Numbered from the stretch's first letter, positions 1 to 9,477 are shown. The stretch: 55,983 nt of DNA from Endomicrobiia bacterium (GCA_025060535.1 JANXCA010000003.1:1-55983), one strand, 5' to 3'. Made by a program: numbers and translations. Notes: generated by a model not told the origin, from the sequence alone.

Positions 1-2539
1 CCAATAATTCTTTTCTTAAATTCTTTATTTCTTCTTCTTTTTGTTTTTGATAAGTCTGATATTCCTTTAATTTAATTTCATACTCAAGCTTTAAATTATC
101 TATTTCTTTTATATAATCTTCAATAATTTTTTTATTTTTTTCTTCTAATAATTTAATCTCATAGAGCAACTTATTTCTGTTTTCTTTTAAAGGTAATAAA
201 CTACTATCAGAACTTTGCTTTAAAACATTTAATTGATTTTCATAATATACTTTTTGTTCTTCTAAAACATTTATTATTTTTTCTAATTCTTTTTGTTTAT
301 CTCCTAACTTCTCCTCATACTCTTTCTTTTTCTGAGAAATCATATCCTCTAATTTTTTTATTTCTTCATTATACTTTAAAAATTCATCTTCTGCATCTTT
401 AATAAGTTTTTCAATTTCTATTTCTTTTGTTTGTTTTAAATTTTCCAATTTAACTTTCCACTCATTTAACTCATTTTCCTTTTCTTGTTTAATTTTAATA
501 TAATAATTTTCTTGTTCATTTATTTTATTTTGCAAAGCATCTATTTCTATCTTTAACTCTTTAATCTTTTGATTGTTTTCTTCAATTATTTGCTGTTTAT
601 CCTTTTCAAATTTCTCCTTAATTGTGATTATTTTCCTATTTAACTCTTCTGCCTCATTTTGTAATCGAAGGACTCTTTCTTTAAATTGATTTTCTGATTC
701 TAATAAAATAGTCTGTAGTTGAGAGATTTTTGCTTTATAATCTTCTTTTTTATTTTCTATTTCTCTCTTCTTTTCTAAAAATTTCTTTTCATATTCTTTT
801 TTGAAATCATCATATTTTTTAATAATATCTTCTATTTCTTTGTTTTTCTTTTCAATAAATAATTTAATTTTGTTTTCTTTATTTCTTATTTCCTCCCTAA
901 GAGAAGAAATTTTATGATAAAGTGGTTTATTTTCTTGCTCGAATTGTTGTTTAATTAAATTCAACTTTTCTTGATAGTTTTTAGTTTCTGCTTCGATTTT
1001 AAGATTAAGTTCGATTATTTCTTTTTCTTTTGTTTTCAAAATAAGCTCTAATTCATTTTTGCGTTCTGTAAATTCTTTTTCTTTTATTTTATATTCTTCT
1101 TCTAATTTTCTTTTATCTAATGTAGCTTTTTCAATTATCTCTTCAAGTTGTCTTTTAAAATCAAGCATTTTTTCATAATGCTGCTTTTTTAATGTTTTAA
1201 TATACTCCTTTTTTTCTTCAACTATTTTTAAAAATTTATTTTTTGTCTCTTCGGATAAGTTTAATAAATTAGATATTTCAGATTCTAAATCTTTTTTTTC
1301 CTGCTGTAATTTCTTAAGTTGTCTATTCCATTCCTCTTGCATCTGTAATACTTTCTGCTGATAAGAAATTTGCAATTGTGTTATTTCTTGGTCTTTATCT
1401 TTAATCAGTCTATTGTAGTTTTCACATTCTTTAGCAAATCTTTGTTCCAACTCATATATTTGTTGCCTAATCTTTTGCTCTTCATCTAACAAAATTTTTC
1501 TTTTTTGCTCTATGAGAGCATTTTGTTGTGTCTCTTTTAACATTATTTCTACTTTTAATTTTTTAATTTCTTCTTCTTTTTGCAAGATTATTGCTTCATA
1601 TTCTTTTCTCATTTTTTCTATTTCTTGAGATATGTTATTTATCTCTTCTTCATATAAAGACTTCTTATTTTGTAAATTATTAATAATCTCTTCTTGCTGT
1701 TGTTGCCATTCTTGATATTTTTGTTCCAAAATATTTTTAATCATCAAATACTCTTCTTCTTTTGCTTTATAAAGTTTTTTTAAGTTTTCAATTTTTTCAT
1801 CAAACTTTCTCTGCATTTCTGAAATCTGTAACAATCTTTTTTCATTCATATCTTTAGCTAACAACAAATATTTTTCTTCTTCAATTTTAAGTTCTTTTTC
1901 CTTTAATTCTATTAATGATTTTAATTTTAATATCTCTTCATCTTTTTCATTGATCCTTTTTATAAATTTGTTTTTTTCTTCTTCAAATTGTCTTTTAAAA
2001 TTTTCTAATCTATTGTTTAATAACTCTATTTCTTGTTTATATTCCTGTTGTTTTTGCTCATTTATCATTCTATTTTGTGCTTCTTCAAACATAATTTTAT
2101 TTCTTAACTGTTCAATTTCATTAGTTTTTTCTTCTAGCTTTTTTTGCCATTTGTTAATCTCAGAACTATAATATTCATTTATATTTTCTAATTCTTTATT
2201 AATTTGTTCTTTTATTTTTTCTATCTCTTTTATAAAATCTGTTTTATTTGAATTTATTTTATATTCTAACGAAGATAAACGCATTTCTAAAGATACTACT
2301 TCCTCTTCTTTTGCTTTTAATCTTGAAAAAATATCTTCTCTTTCTTGTTGAATCTTCTGTTCTAAATAACGAAGTTCTGCTAATAAGTTTTCCTTAACCT
2401 TGCTTAAATCTTGTATTTCTTGAAAATTAGAATATATTTGAGATGAGTTAGATCCTGAGAAACTTAAGTCAGAACTTTCCTTTTGTAAACTTGTATCTGA
2501 ACTTGATAATTCGTTTTTCATCTTATCGAATATATCCAT
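1..2539 (-). CDS. Large coiled-coil protein (>846 aa, 3'-truncated by the window edge; absent from the ORF track)
   Basis: ATG at 2539 follows AGGAGG, which overlaps the TAG of the upstream gene. Manual translation gives MDIFDKMKNELSSSDTSLQKESSDLSFSGSNSSQ..., RLSSLEYKINSNKTDFIKEIEKIKEQINKELEN..., and ...YQTYQKQKEEEIKNLRKELL at the window start, all in one frame. E/K/Q/I/L-rich heptad composition; no signal peptide. Confidence 0.9.
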   Translation of the reverse strand, partial: MDIFDKMKNELSSSDTSLQKESSDLSFSGSNSSQIYSNFQEIQDLSKVKENLLAELRYLEQKIQQEREDIFSRLKAKEEEVVSLEMRLSSLEYKINSNKTDFIKEIEKIKEQINKELENINEYYSSEINKWQKKLEEKTNEIEQLRNKIMFEEAQNRMINEQKQQEYKQEIELLNNRLENFKRQFEEEKNKFIKRINEKDEEILKLKSLIELKEKELKIEEEKYLLLAKDMNEKRLLQISEMQRKFDEKIENLKKLYKAKEEEYLMIKNILEQKYQEWQQQQEEIINNLQNKKSLYEEEINNISQEIEKMRKEYEAIILQKEEEIKKLKVEIMLKETQQNALIEQKRKILLDEEQKIRQQIYELEQRFAKECENYNRLIKDKDQEITQLQISYQQKVLQMQEEWNRQLKKLQQEKKDLESEISNLLNLSEETKNKFLKIVEEKKEYIKTLKKQHYEKMLDFKRQLEEIIEKATLDKRKLEEEYKIKEKEFTERKNELELILKTKEKEIIELNLKIEAETKNYQEKLNLIKQQFEQENKPLYHKISSLREEIRNKENKIKLFIEKKNKEIEDIIKKYDDFKKEYEKKFLEKKREIENKKEDYKAKISQLQTILLESENQFKERVLRLQNEAEELNRKIITIKEKFEKDKQQIIEENNQKIKELKIEIDALQNKINEQENYYIKIKQEKENELNEWKVKLENLKQTKEIEIEKLIKDAEDEFLKYNEEIKKLEDMISQKKKEYEEKLGDKQKELEKIINVLEEQKVYYENQLNVLKQSSDSSLLPLKENRNKLLYEIKLLEEKNKKIIEDYIKEIDNLKLEYEIKLKEYQTYQKQKEEEIKNLRKELL

Positions 2540-2552
2540 TAAGAAATCCCTC

Positions 2553-4439
2553 CTATTTAGTAGTTAAAGATAAACTTTTTTCTAAATCTTCTACCCACTT
2601 AGCTAGTTCTTGATTTTGGGGTTCCAATTCAAGAACTTTTTTATAGTACTGAAGAGCATCTTGATAATTGCCAGACTCGTATAGTATATTAGCAATATAC
2701 TGATATGCTTCAGATAATTGAGGATCTAACTCTATAGCATATGATAAGTAATTAATTGCCTCCTCATAGTTACCTTGTTGATATAATTCTACACCTGCAA
2801 TGTAATACTCGTATCCAGGTGATTCTTCTATTTTTGTTGATTTTGATACAATTACTTCAGAAGCATCAACTAAAAATGTTTTTTCTTTTTCTTTAAGATA
2901 TATCTTACCCTCCTGTTCTAACTTTTTTATAAGTTCTATTAGTTTATTTCTTTCTTCTTCAATCTGTTCTTTTGTCATAGGTCTACCATATTCCATTTCT
3001 TCCTTTACTAATGCTTGAGCACCTTCTGACATATTCTTAAAAAATTTATCTATAATATTCTGAGGAGCGTTTCTTAAAACTCGTGCAATGTTTTCTGGTT
3101 TTAATTCTCTAATAATAACTTGTAAAGAGACATCAGGAATATCTGCTATATCTTCAAATATGAAAATTTGTGGTCTAACTTTTTTATAAATGTCAGGCTT
3201 TTCGTTTTTTAGATATTCAAGTATATTGTCTCTTGTAGTTGCATCTACCTTTTGTAAAAGTTCAATAAGATGATGAAGGCCTCCAACAAGAAAATCTATT
3301 CTTTCTTTTACATAATTATCCATCCTCATAACATCCTCTTGAGGTATTTCCCTAGCTTGTGCTAACGCCAAAGCTACTTTAGCCTGAAGGTGTGGTTTAA
3401 AACTTTCTATAATTTGTTTTACATATTCAGGCTTTAGATAACTTAAAACTATTGCTATATCTTCGGGTTTTTCTTTTGCTATTAGATAAATTAATCTCTT
3501 TATATTATCATCATTTATATAACTAAAAGGAATATATTTTTCTTCCCCTTGTTTTTCTTTTTCGAGAAGTTGTTGTTCTGTAGTAGCTGTAGCACCAACA
3601 CCTATACCTCCTGTTGCTGACTTTTCAGTTGAAAATTCACCTTCTGGTGTTTCTCCTTCTCGTGCAAGTTTAGAATCTATTGATATTTCCGTAGGTGCTT
3701 TTTCTCTTAACATTTTCAAATAATTCTTTAAAAAATTAGCTATTGGTCCGAATAAAAATGCAAGTAAAAGTAATGTAAGTAGTAGTGGTATGAAATATTT
3801 AGGTAATACTATACTTTCAATAAACTTATTCCATAAATCCGTTGTAAATTTTGCTTTTTTAAATACTATTTCTTGGGGTCTTCTTATTGCTAAAGCCGAA
3901 GCAATGGCTTCTCTCGCAATTTCTACTTTTTCTTCTTTTATTCTTTCATCATAAATAACAGTAACGTTTTGTCTCTCAATTACTATTTCAGTTTTAACTC
4001 CAACAATTTCTGTCCCAGATGCTTCCCCCTTAGCTTCTGCAGGAACAGTAGATTCCGCAATAGAACCTGGTTTAGGAATTCCAGGGAGAAGATATTCAGT
4101 TTCCCCTAATTTTCTTTTAGCATCAACTTTTTTTTCTGACGCTTGTTGTTTAGTTGTAGTAGTTCTTAAACCTAAAGTAATATCAATCATGACTGTAGAT
4201 CTATTAGGTCCAAAAATCTTATCAAGAATATTTTTTTGAACATATTCTGTTCGTTGTTGTTCTAATTTTGTTTCATACTCTATTAACATAGTAGGAGAAA
4301 TTTGTTGTTCTGAAGGTATTGTTATTATTGTTTGGCTAGATAAATTTAAATTAGAGGAATAAAATATTAAAACAAAAAATAGATATTTCCATTTCTTCAT
4401 TTTTATTTCTATATAAAATTTAAAGGTGTTTTTCAACAT
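2553..4439 (-). CDS. FliF RBM3-like / TM / FliG middle + C-terminal / TPR fusion protein
   Basis: GGAGG RBS and an N-terminal signal or TM segment. aa ~52-198 resembles the FliF C-terminal ring domain (ILDKIFGPNRSTVMIDITL...LPGIP...IERQNVTVIYD...AREAIASAL...IVFKKAKF). TM at ~213-235. aa ~304-516 is FliG-M/C (PFSYI, EKPEDIAIVLSYL, VGG, IFIFEDI, FFKNMS...EEMEY, LEQEGKI). C-terminal TPRs. The FliG call is strong; the FliF call is moderate. Confidence 0.8.
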   Translation of the reverse strand: MLKNTFKFYIEIKMKKWKYLFFVLIFYSSNLNLSSQTIITIPSEQQISPTMLIEYETKLEQQRTEYVQKNILDKIFGPNRSTVMIDITLGLRTTTTKQQASEKKVDAKRKLGETEYLLPGIPKPGSIAESTVPAEAKGEASGTEIVGVKTEIVIERQNVTVIYDERIKEEKVEIAREAIASALAIRRPQEIVFKKAKFTTDLWNKFIESIVLPKYFIPLLLTLLLLAFLFGPIANFLKNYLKMLREKAPTEISIDSKLAREGETPEGEFSTEKSATGGIGVGATATTEQQLLEKEKQGEEKYIPFSYINDDNIKRLIYLIAKEKPEDIAIVLSYLKPEYVKQIIESFKPHLQAKVALALAQAREIPQEDVMRMDNYVKERIDFLVGGLHHLIELLQKVDATTRDNILEYLKNEKPDIYKKVRPQIFIFEDIADIPDVSLQVIIRELKPENIARVLRNAPQNIIDKFFKNMSEGAQALVKEEMEYGRPMTKEQIEEERNKLIELIKKLEQEGKIYLKEKEKTFLVDASEVIVSKSTKIEESPGYEYYIAGVELYQQGNYEEAINYLSYAIELDPQLSEAYQYIANILYESGNYQDALQYYKKVLELEPQNQELAKWVEDLEKSLSLTTK

Positions 4440-4453
4440 AAAATCCTCCTTTT

Positions 4454-6040
4454 TTATTCTAATTCCTGTAAAAACTGTTGCACAACTTTATTAGTAGGAT
4501 CGAGTTCTAATACTTTTTTCCATATAGCTTTTGCTTTTTCTATCTCGTTCATCATAAAGAAAGCAGAACCCATTATTTCCATAGCAGTAGTATTTTTAGG
4601 TTCTAAATTAAGTATCTCCTGACATTTTCTTATTGCATCTGTATATCTTCCATTTAACACATCCTCTCTTGCTTCATATATTTTTCTATCAATAATAGTC
4701 CATCCAGCAATTTCTTCTTTATATGGTTCTGTAAGAGGCATCCCTGCCAGTTGTTCTAAACGATTTAATAACTGAAGAAGTGCTTTATTAGAAGGATTTT
4801 TATAGTAAGCATATCTTAAAGAATTAACTGTAGTAGTTAAATCACCCTCCATTAATGCTTGAACCGCTTTTCTTATACCTTGATGCTCTTCTGTATCTTC
4901 GGTTGCTCTTTGAATATATGCTGTAATCATAAGCAAATTATCAAGCATTTTTTTAACATCTTTTCTGTTAGGATCTATTTGATATGCAGATTGCAAACTT
5001 TTTGTTGCCTCTAAAAATTGTCCAGATGTATAACGAGCAACTGCTTCATTAATTAGACGCTTTATAGTTTCCTCTTTATCAAATTTTACAGACTTTCCCC
5101 ATTTCATATTGGCTGAAATTCTATGAGAAAATCCTAAGTCATGATAACCAAAAGAATAATCTACAGAATACTCTCGATATCTAAATCCTATACCTGCTGT
5201 TGTTTCTTTAAGATAACTTAAACCTTCAAAACCTAACCTTAAAGCTAAGAAATTTAATAACCAGTATTCTACTCCTATCATCCATTTAAGTTCTGAATTA
5301 ATATTTTGTTCTAAATCTAAACCAACTATCAATCTTTCCCTTAAAAATTTATAAGAACCCCCTATTTTAAATATCAGAGGAAGTTTGTCTTCAGTACCTA
5401 TACTTGCTGAAATAATATTTTTAATTCCACCAGCAAGATTAAGAAATGGTAGTTTAGAATTTAGACCAATAACTAAAAGAGTTATATCTAAACTTATCAT
5501 TGTATCAGAGTAAATATCTAACTTTCTTGTAATATATTTTAAAGATGTTCCTATATTAATGTGTTCTACTACTTCCTTAGCATATCCCAATATAACTGCT
5601 ACTTGTCTGTCGTCAAAATATCCTTTTTGATGAATATTAATAATATCACCAGAACCTAAGAGATCAAATTCTACAACTACTTTTTCAAACCTTGAAGAAA
5701 ACAACTGAGATATTCCTAAAGAAAAAACACCATATTTTATTGTAGGATACACAAAACCCAAAAAATCGTAAATTGTCTGTGTATTTGGAAAAAGCTCCGT
5801 GTGAAGAGCAGTAACCTCTTTTTTATCACATTGAACGAGACCCGCAGGGTTATAATAAACAGCAGAAGCATCATTGGAAATGGAGAAAAAACCTTTAATA
5901 GCCATTGCTTTAGCTGAAGCTCCAAAGTTTAAAAACTCAGCAGGTTGACCTCCAGTATAAATAGACAATAACTGGTATTTAAAAATTAAAATAAAAATTA
6001 AAATAAATAAAAATTTTTTAAGAATTATTATCTTATACAT
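4454..6040 (-). CDS. PorV/PorQ-like (FadL-fold) outer-membrane beta-barrel with C-terminal TPR domain
   Basis: Signal peptide; FLNFGASAKAMA...NDASAVYYNPAGL N-terminal signature; amphipathic beta-strands ending at SHRISANMKWG; then TPR motifs (AIRKCQEILNLEPKN, WKKVLELDPTN). Confidence 0.8.
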   Translation of the reverse strand: MYKIIILKKFLFILIFILIFKYQLLSIYTGGQPAEFLNFGASAKAMAIKGFFSISNDASAVYYNPAGLVQCDKKEVTALHTELFPNTQTIYDFLGFVYPTIKYGVFSLGISQLFSSRFEKVVVEFDLLGSGDIINIHQKGYFDDRQVAVILGYAKEVVEHINIGTSLKYITRKLDIYSDTMISLDITLLVIGLNSKLPFLNLAGGIKNIISASIGTEDKLPLIFKIGGSYKFLRERLIVGLDLEQNINSELKWMIGVEYWLLNFLALRLGFEGLSYLKETTAGIGFRYREYSVDYSFGYHDLGFSHRISANMKWGKSVKFDKEETIKRLINEAVARYTSGQFLEATKSLQSAYQIDPNRKDVKKMLDNLLMITAYIQRATEDTEEHQGIRKAVQALMEGDLTTTVNSLRYAYYKNPSNKALLQLLNRLEQLAGMPLTEPYKEEIAGWTIIDRKIYEAREDVLNGRYTDAIRKCQEILNLEPKNTTAMEIMGSAFFMMNEIEKAKAIWKKVLELDPTNKVVQQFLQELE

Positions 6041-6474
6041 CCTATTTTTCTTATTAGATTTTTATTTTTATAATTTAAAACACAAATATACCCACCCTTA
6101 GAAACTTTTCGTGAAGCTTCATTTGTACCATCCCACAAAACCAAGTATTCGTAGTTACCTGTTAAAAAAAATTCTTTTACAACTTGTCCAAATAAATCAT
6201 ATATTCTTAAACTACAATCTTCTATAAAAGGAAGTTTTATATAGATATAAGTATATCCAGAAAATGGATTAGGAAAATTAGTAAATACAATCAAACTTTC
6301 ATCCTTAATTATATCATTATGTAAAAAATATGTATAATTTACATAAACATTATCTAATTCTTTATTCTCAGAATATAAATATAGATTAAAAATCAATAAA
6401 CAAAAAATTAAAGTAAAAATTTTGTAAAATTTATTTTTTGATTGCAAAAAAAATATAAATAAATTTAATTTCAT
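6028..6474 (-). CDS. Small secreted protein consisting essentially of a FlgD-Ig/T9SS-like C-terminal sorting domain
   Basis: Signal peptide, then NFPNPF...LRIYDLFGQVVKE...WDGTNEASRKVSKGGYICVL...KIGCIR. Confidence 0.75.
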   Translation of the reverse strand: MKLNLFIFFLQSKNKFYKIFTLIFCLLIFNLYLYSENKELDNVYVNYTYFLHNDIIKDESLIVFTNFPNPFSGYTYIYIKLPFIEDCSLRIYDLFGQVVKEFFLTGNYEYLVLWDGTNEASRKVSKGGYICVLNYKNKNLIRKIGCIR

Positions 6475-6539
6475 AAAATTTGTTTCCTTTACTTTTTAAA
6501 AACTTGTTATTTACAATATTTTACCCATTCCTATTAATA

Positions 6540-6568
6540 TTTATATATATAAAATTTAAATCTGTCAA
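6540..6568 (-). promoter_or_regulatory. Candidate sigma70 promoter of the CTD-PorV-FliFG-coiled-coil operon
   Basis: TTGACA (6568-6563), 17 nt, TATAAA, in a ~300-bp AT-rich intergenic region. Confidence 0.45.
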
Positions 6569-6772
6569 CTTTTTTTACAAAAATTTTACATTTTATATTT
6601 TAAAAAGTATTTTTAGTCAGGAAAAATTAAATTTATAATTTTACATATTATTGATATTATACAATTTTTAAATTTTTGTTTAATCACACTTCAGGTTAGA
6701 CAGGTTTTTTCTTATTTATCATCAAAAATTGTTAAAAGAACAGATTTGGACAAATTATATAAGTTAAAATAA

Positions 6773-7885
6773 TTAAAAAGAGGTGATATCTTTCTTCTTA
6801 TAAATATCAACATATAACTTCATCCACTCTTCTAACTCAGCATCTTTTCTTTTACCTGAAAATATATCCACTGCCTTATATATCTTCTCCCTAATTTGAC
6901 GAGGAATGTTAAGTTCTATAAGATATTTTTTAAACTTTACTATTTTGTCTTTTTCAGAAAGAGATTTCTCTTCTTGAGATGATAGAGCTTCAAGAAGATA
7001 AAATAATCTTATATAATATCTTGTATCTTCGCAATTTATTTTATCTAACTCTATTTTTTTACAATTTCTTATAAAACAAGAAATAATTTCTTTAATAAAA
7101 CTATAAACTTCAATCAAATTAAATTCTTTAAACAAAAACGCAACTATATCCAAATTTTTTCCTTTTTTAAGAATATTTACAAATTCATTTGCTAATCTTG
7201 TTTTTGAAATATAACTAAATACTTTTTTTTCCAAAGCTTCTTTTAGAAGAGAAAGAGTATTTTCTTCAAAATAAAAATTTAACTTTGCAAGTAATCTTAT
7301 ACTTCTTATTATCCTTGTGGGATCATCAAAAAAACTTTTTTTATGCAAAACTCTTATTTTCTTATTAAAAATATCATTTATTCCTCCAAATGGATCTAAA
7401 ATTTCAAATCGTCTCTTAAGAGAGTCATATCTTAAAGCAATAGAATTGATAGAAAAATCTCTGCGAAATAAATCCTCGTATATATTACCAACTGCCACTT
7501 GAGGCAAAACCCCCCAATCTCTATATTCTTCTTTTCTTGGCAAAGCAAAATCTATTCTTTTGTTATTTTTGTTATAGAAAATAACACTTAAAGTAAGAAA
7601 TTGAGGATATTTGATAATTTGTACTTTTTTATTAAAAGAAAAAAAGTTAACAAGCTGCAATAACTCTTCATAATTATTTAATTCCACCACTAAATCAATA
7701 TCTTGAGGAGTAAATCTTGTCTTAAAAATTATTGAAATAATAGCATCCCTTAAGGTACCACCAACAAAATAAAAACTTTTATTTTGATTTTTTAATTTTT
7801 CTATTATATCATTAAACCAATTAATTTGCTTTAATTTTTTTATTAATTTTTCTGGAGTTATGTAATTTTTTATTGAATTTTTCAT
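6773..7885 (-). CDS. cca: Class II tRNA nucleotidyltransferase (CCA- or A-adding; PolyA_pol family)
   Basis: VGGTLRD, DIDLVV, IDFA..RKEEY, EDLFRRDFSINSIA, LDPFGG..D and VLHKKSFFDDPTRIIR motifs. Confidence 0.85.
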   Translation of the reverse strand: MKNSIKNYITPEKLIKKLKQINWFNDIIEKLKNQNKSFYFVGGTLRDAIISIIFKTRFTPQDIDLVVELNNYEELLQLVNFFSFNKKVQIIKYPQFLTLSVIFYNKNNKRIDFALPRKEEYRDWGVLPQVAVGNIYEDLFRRDFSINSIALRYDSLKRRFEILDPFGGINDIFNKKIRVLHKKSFFDDPTRIIRSIRLLAKLNFYFEENTLSLLKEALEKKVFSYISKTRLANEFVNILKKGKNLDIVAFLFKEFNLIEVYSFIKEIISCFIRNCKKIELDKINCEDTRYYIRLFYLLEALSSQEEKSLSEKDKIVKFKKYLIELNIPRQIREKIYKAVDIFSGKRKDAELEEWMKLYVDIYKKKDITSF

Positions 7886-9477
7886 TTTGTTTGTTGTTTC
7901 GTTTCCAAATATCTATTAATTGTGTCAATAATAGAAACTACATTTTTATCTTCGGGATTAAGTATACTTACTATCTTATATTCGTATAATGCTTCTTTAA
8001 GTTTTCCCAAATCAGAATATATTTCTGCTATAATTTTTCTAATTTTATAATTAAATGGATTTATCTGCAATAGTTCTTTATAGTATTCTAAAGCTTTATG
8101 ATATTGAGAGGTTTCATAATATAACTCTACTATTAATTCGTAAGCAGTAGAAAAATTTGGATTTATCATAATACATTGCTTTAAAATTTCTTCTGCATTT
8201 TTATAATCTTTCAATAACATTAAAACTTTTGAAATTCTGGTCATCACAATAGGATTATAAGGTTGCTGTTGTTGAGATTTTTTATACTGATATAATGCTG
8301 CTTTATACTGTTTTTTTCTTAACAGCATATCTCCAAGCTCTATATATTGAGAAGATTCTAAAGTCAATAATTCTTTTTCATCTTCTAAATTTAAAATTTT
8401 TATATCCATTAAAGCTCCCGGATATTTTTCTACTAACTCCTTTTTTTCTTCAATACTTTCAATCCAATTTTTTATAAGTTCTGTATATTCTTTATTAAAA
8501 ATATCTCTATACAATAATTTTTCATCTTTATAGTTAATATAATTGTGTACAAATTTGATAAATTTATTTTCACCAAAATTATTGATTATATATTCTAAAA
8601 AACTGGCTAATTCTATAAAAGCTAATTCTACTTCTTGTTGAGAATCCAAATAAACTAAAGAACCTTTTAAATTTTCAAAAGGAATCAGCCTATTATTTCT
8701 TTTTGCATCCAAAAGCTCTTTTAAATTTCCTATACTAAAACACAAAGGCTGTGTAGACCTATAAAGAGTGTCAAAATACTTAGCAGTTGCTTCGTGTAAG
8801 TATAGAGGATATTTATACTCTGTAATTCTATTAAGTAAGAAATGAACATATTCATGAGCTAATGTATCGATCCATCTATATCCATAAGGTAAATTTTCAG
8901 GAGAAAGAATCATTATTCTATTAAATTTACAAATTCCTACCACTCCTGCTTTTTTAACAACTTCTTCTGGCAGTGTAGAAGCATTACAAAACTCCTTTTT
9001 TTTATCATAAACTTCCACTCTTATTTTTTCTTTTGGATAGTAATTAAACTTTTCATTGTAAAAAACATATATCTTTTCTAAATTTTCTAAAATTATATCT
9101 TTTAAAATCTCATCTCTTCCTTTTAAAAACACAACAAAATGTTGTGATTCATATCTTTTATATTCCTCTTTAAATAGATGATATATATATGGAATATAAT
9201 GGAAAAAAAATTTTTCTTCAGGCTTATATTCAGAAGTATTATTTGTTTGTAGCGAGTTCAAAAAATTATAAGCTTTTTCATAATCTCCCAAGTAAAGATA
9301 ATAAATTGAATTTATAAAAATTTTTTTATTCTCATCTCTAATTTCTTTTATAAATTCCTCAACTTCTTGAAACTTTCCTGCTTCAAGTAAACAAATAATA
9401 TCATCTAATGTATAAGAATGTAATTGGAAACTAACTAAAAAAAATATAGATATAAATAGACAAAAAAATTTTATCAT
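7882..9477 (-). CDS. Secreted TPR protein with peptidase MA-like zinc metallopeptidase domain
   Basis: Signal peptide; TLAHEYVH...PLYLHEATA (HExxH plus downstream E); N- and C-terminal TPRs. Confidence 0.75.
   Translation of the reverse strand: MIKFFCLFISIFFLVSFQLHSYTLDDIICLLEAGKFQEVEEFIKEIRDENKKIFINSIYYLYLGDYEKAYNFLNSLQTNNTSEYKPEEKFFFHYIPYIYHLFKEEYKRYESQHFVVFLKGRDEILKDIILENLEKIYVFYNEKFNYYPKEKIRVEVYDKKKEFCNASTLPEEVVKKAGVVGICKFNRIMILSPENLPYGYRWIDTLAHEYVHFLLNRITEYKYPLYLHEATAKYFDTLYRSTQPLCFSIGNLKELLDAKRNNRLIPFENLKGSLVYLDSQQEVELAFIELASFLEYIINNFGENKFIKFVHNYINYKDEKLLYRDIFNKEYTELIKNWIESIEEKKELVEKYPGALMDIKILNLEDEKELLTLESSQYIELGDMLLRKKQYKAALYQYKKSQQQQPYNPIVMTRISKVLMLLKDYKNAEEILKQCIMINPNFSTAYELIVELYYETSQYHKALEYYKELLQINPFNYKIRKIIAEIYSDLGKLKEALYEYKIVSILNPEDKNVVSIIDTINRYLETKQQTK

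Noticed and set aside
1-2539. SMC/SbcC call for the coiled-coil protein, or a DNA tandem repeat/low-complexity array
   Set aside because: No N-terminal Walker A motif. The TTC/TTT periodicity is simply E/K codons read on the opposite strand, and I saw no exact repeat unit.
2553-4439. Annotating as ordinary flagellar fliG or as an MgtE N-terminal domain protein
   Set aside because: It has a signal/TM and an extracytoplasmic domain, lacks FliG-N, and has no flagellar neighbours. The full M+GG+C motif series fits FliG rather than MgtE_N.
6475-6772. Possible ncRNA or riboswitch in the longest intergenic region
   Set aside because: Extremely AT-rich, with no stable stems or recognisable aptamer motifs; best explained as a promoter region.
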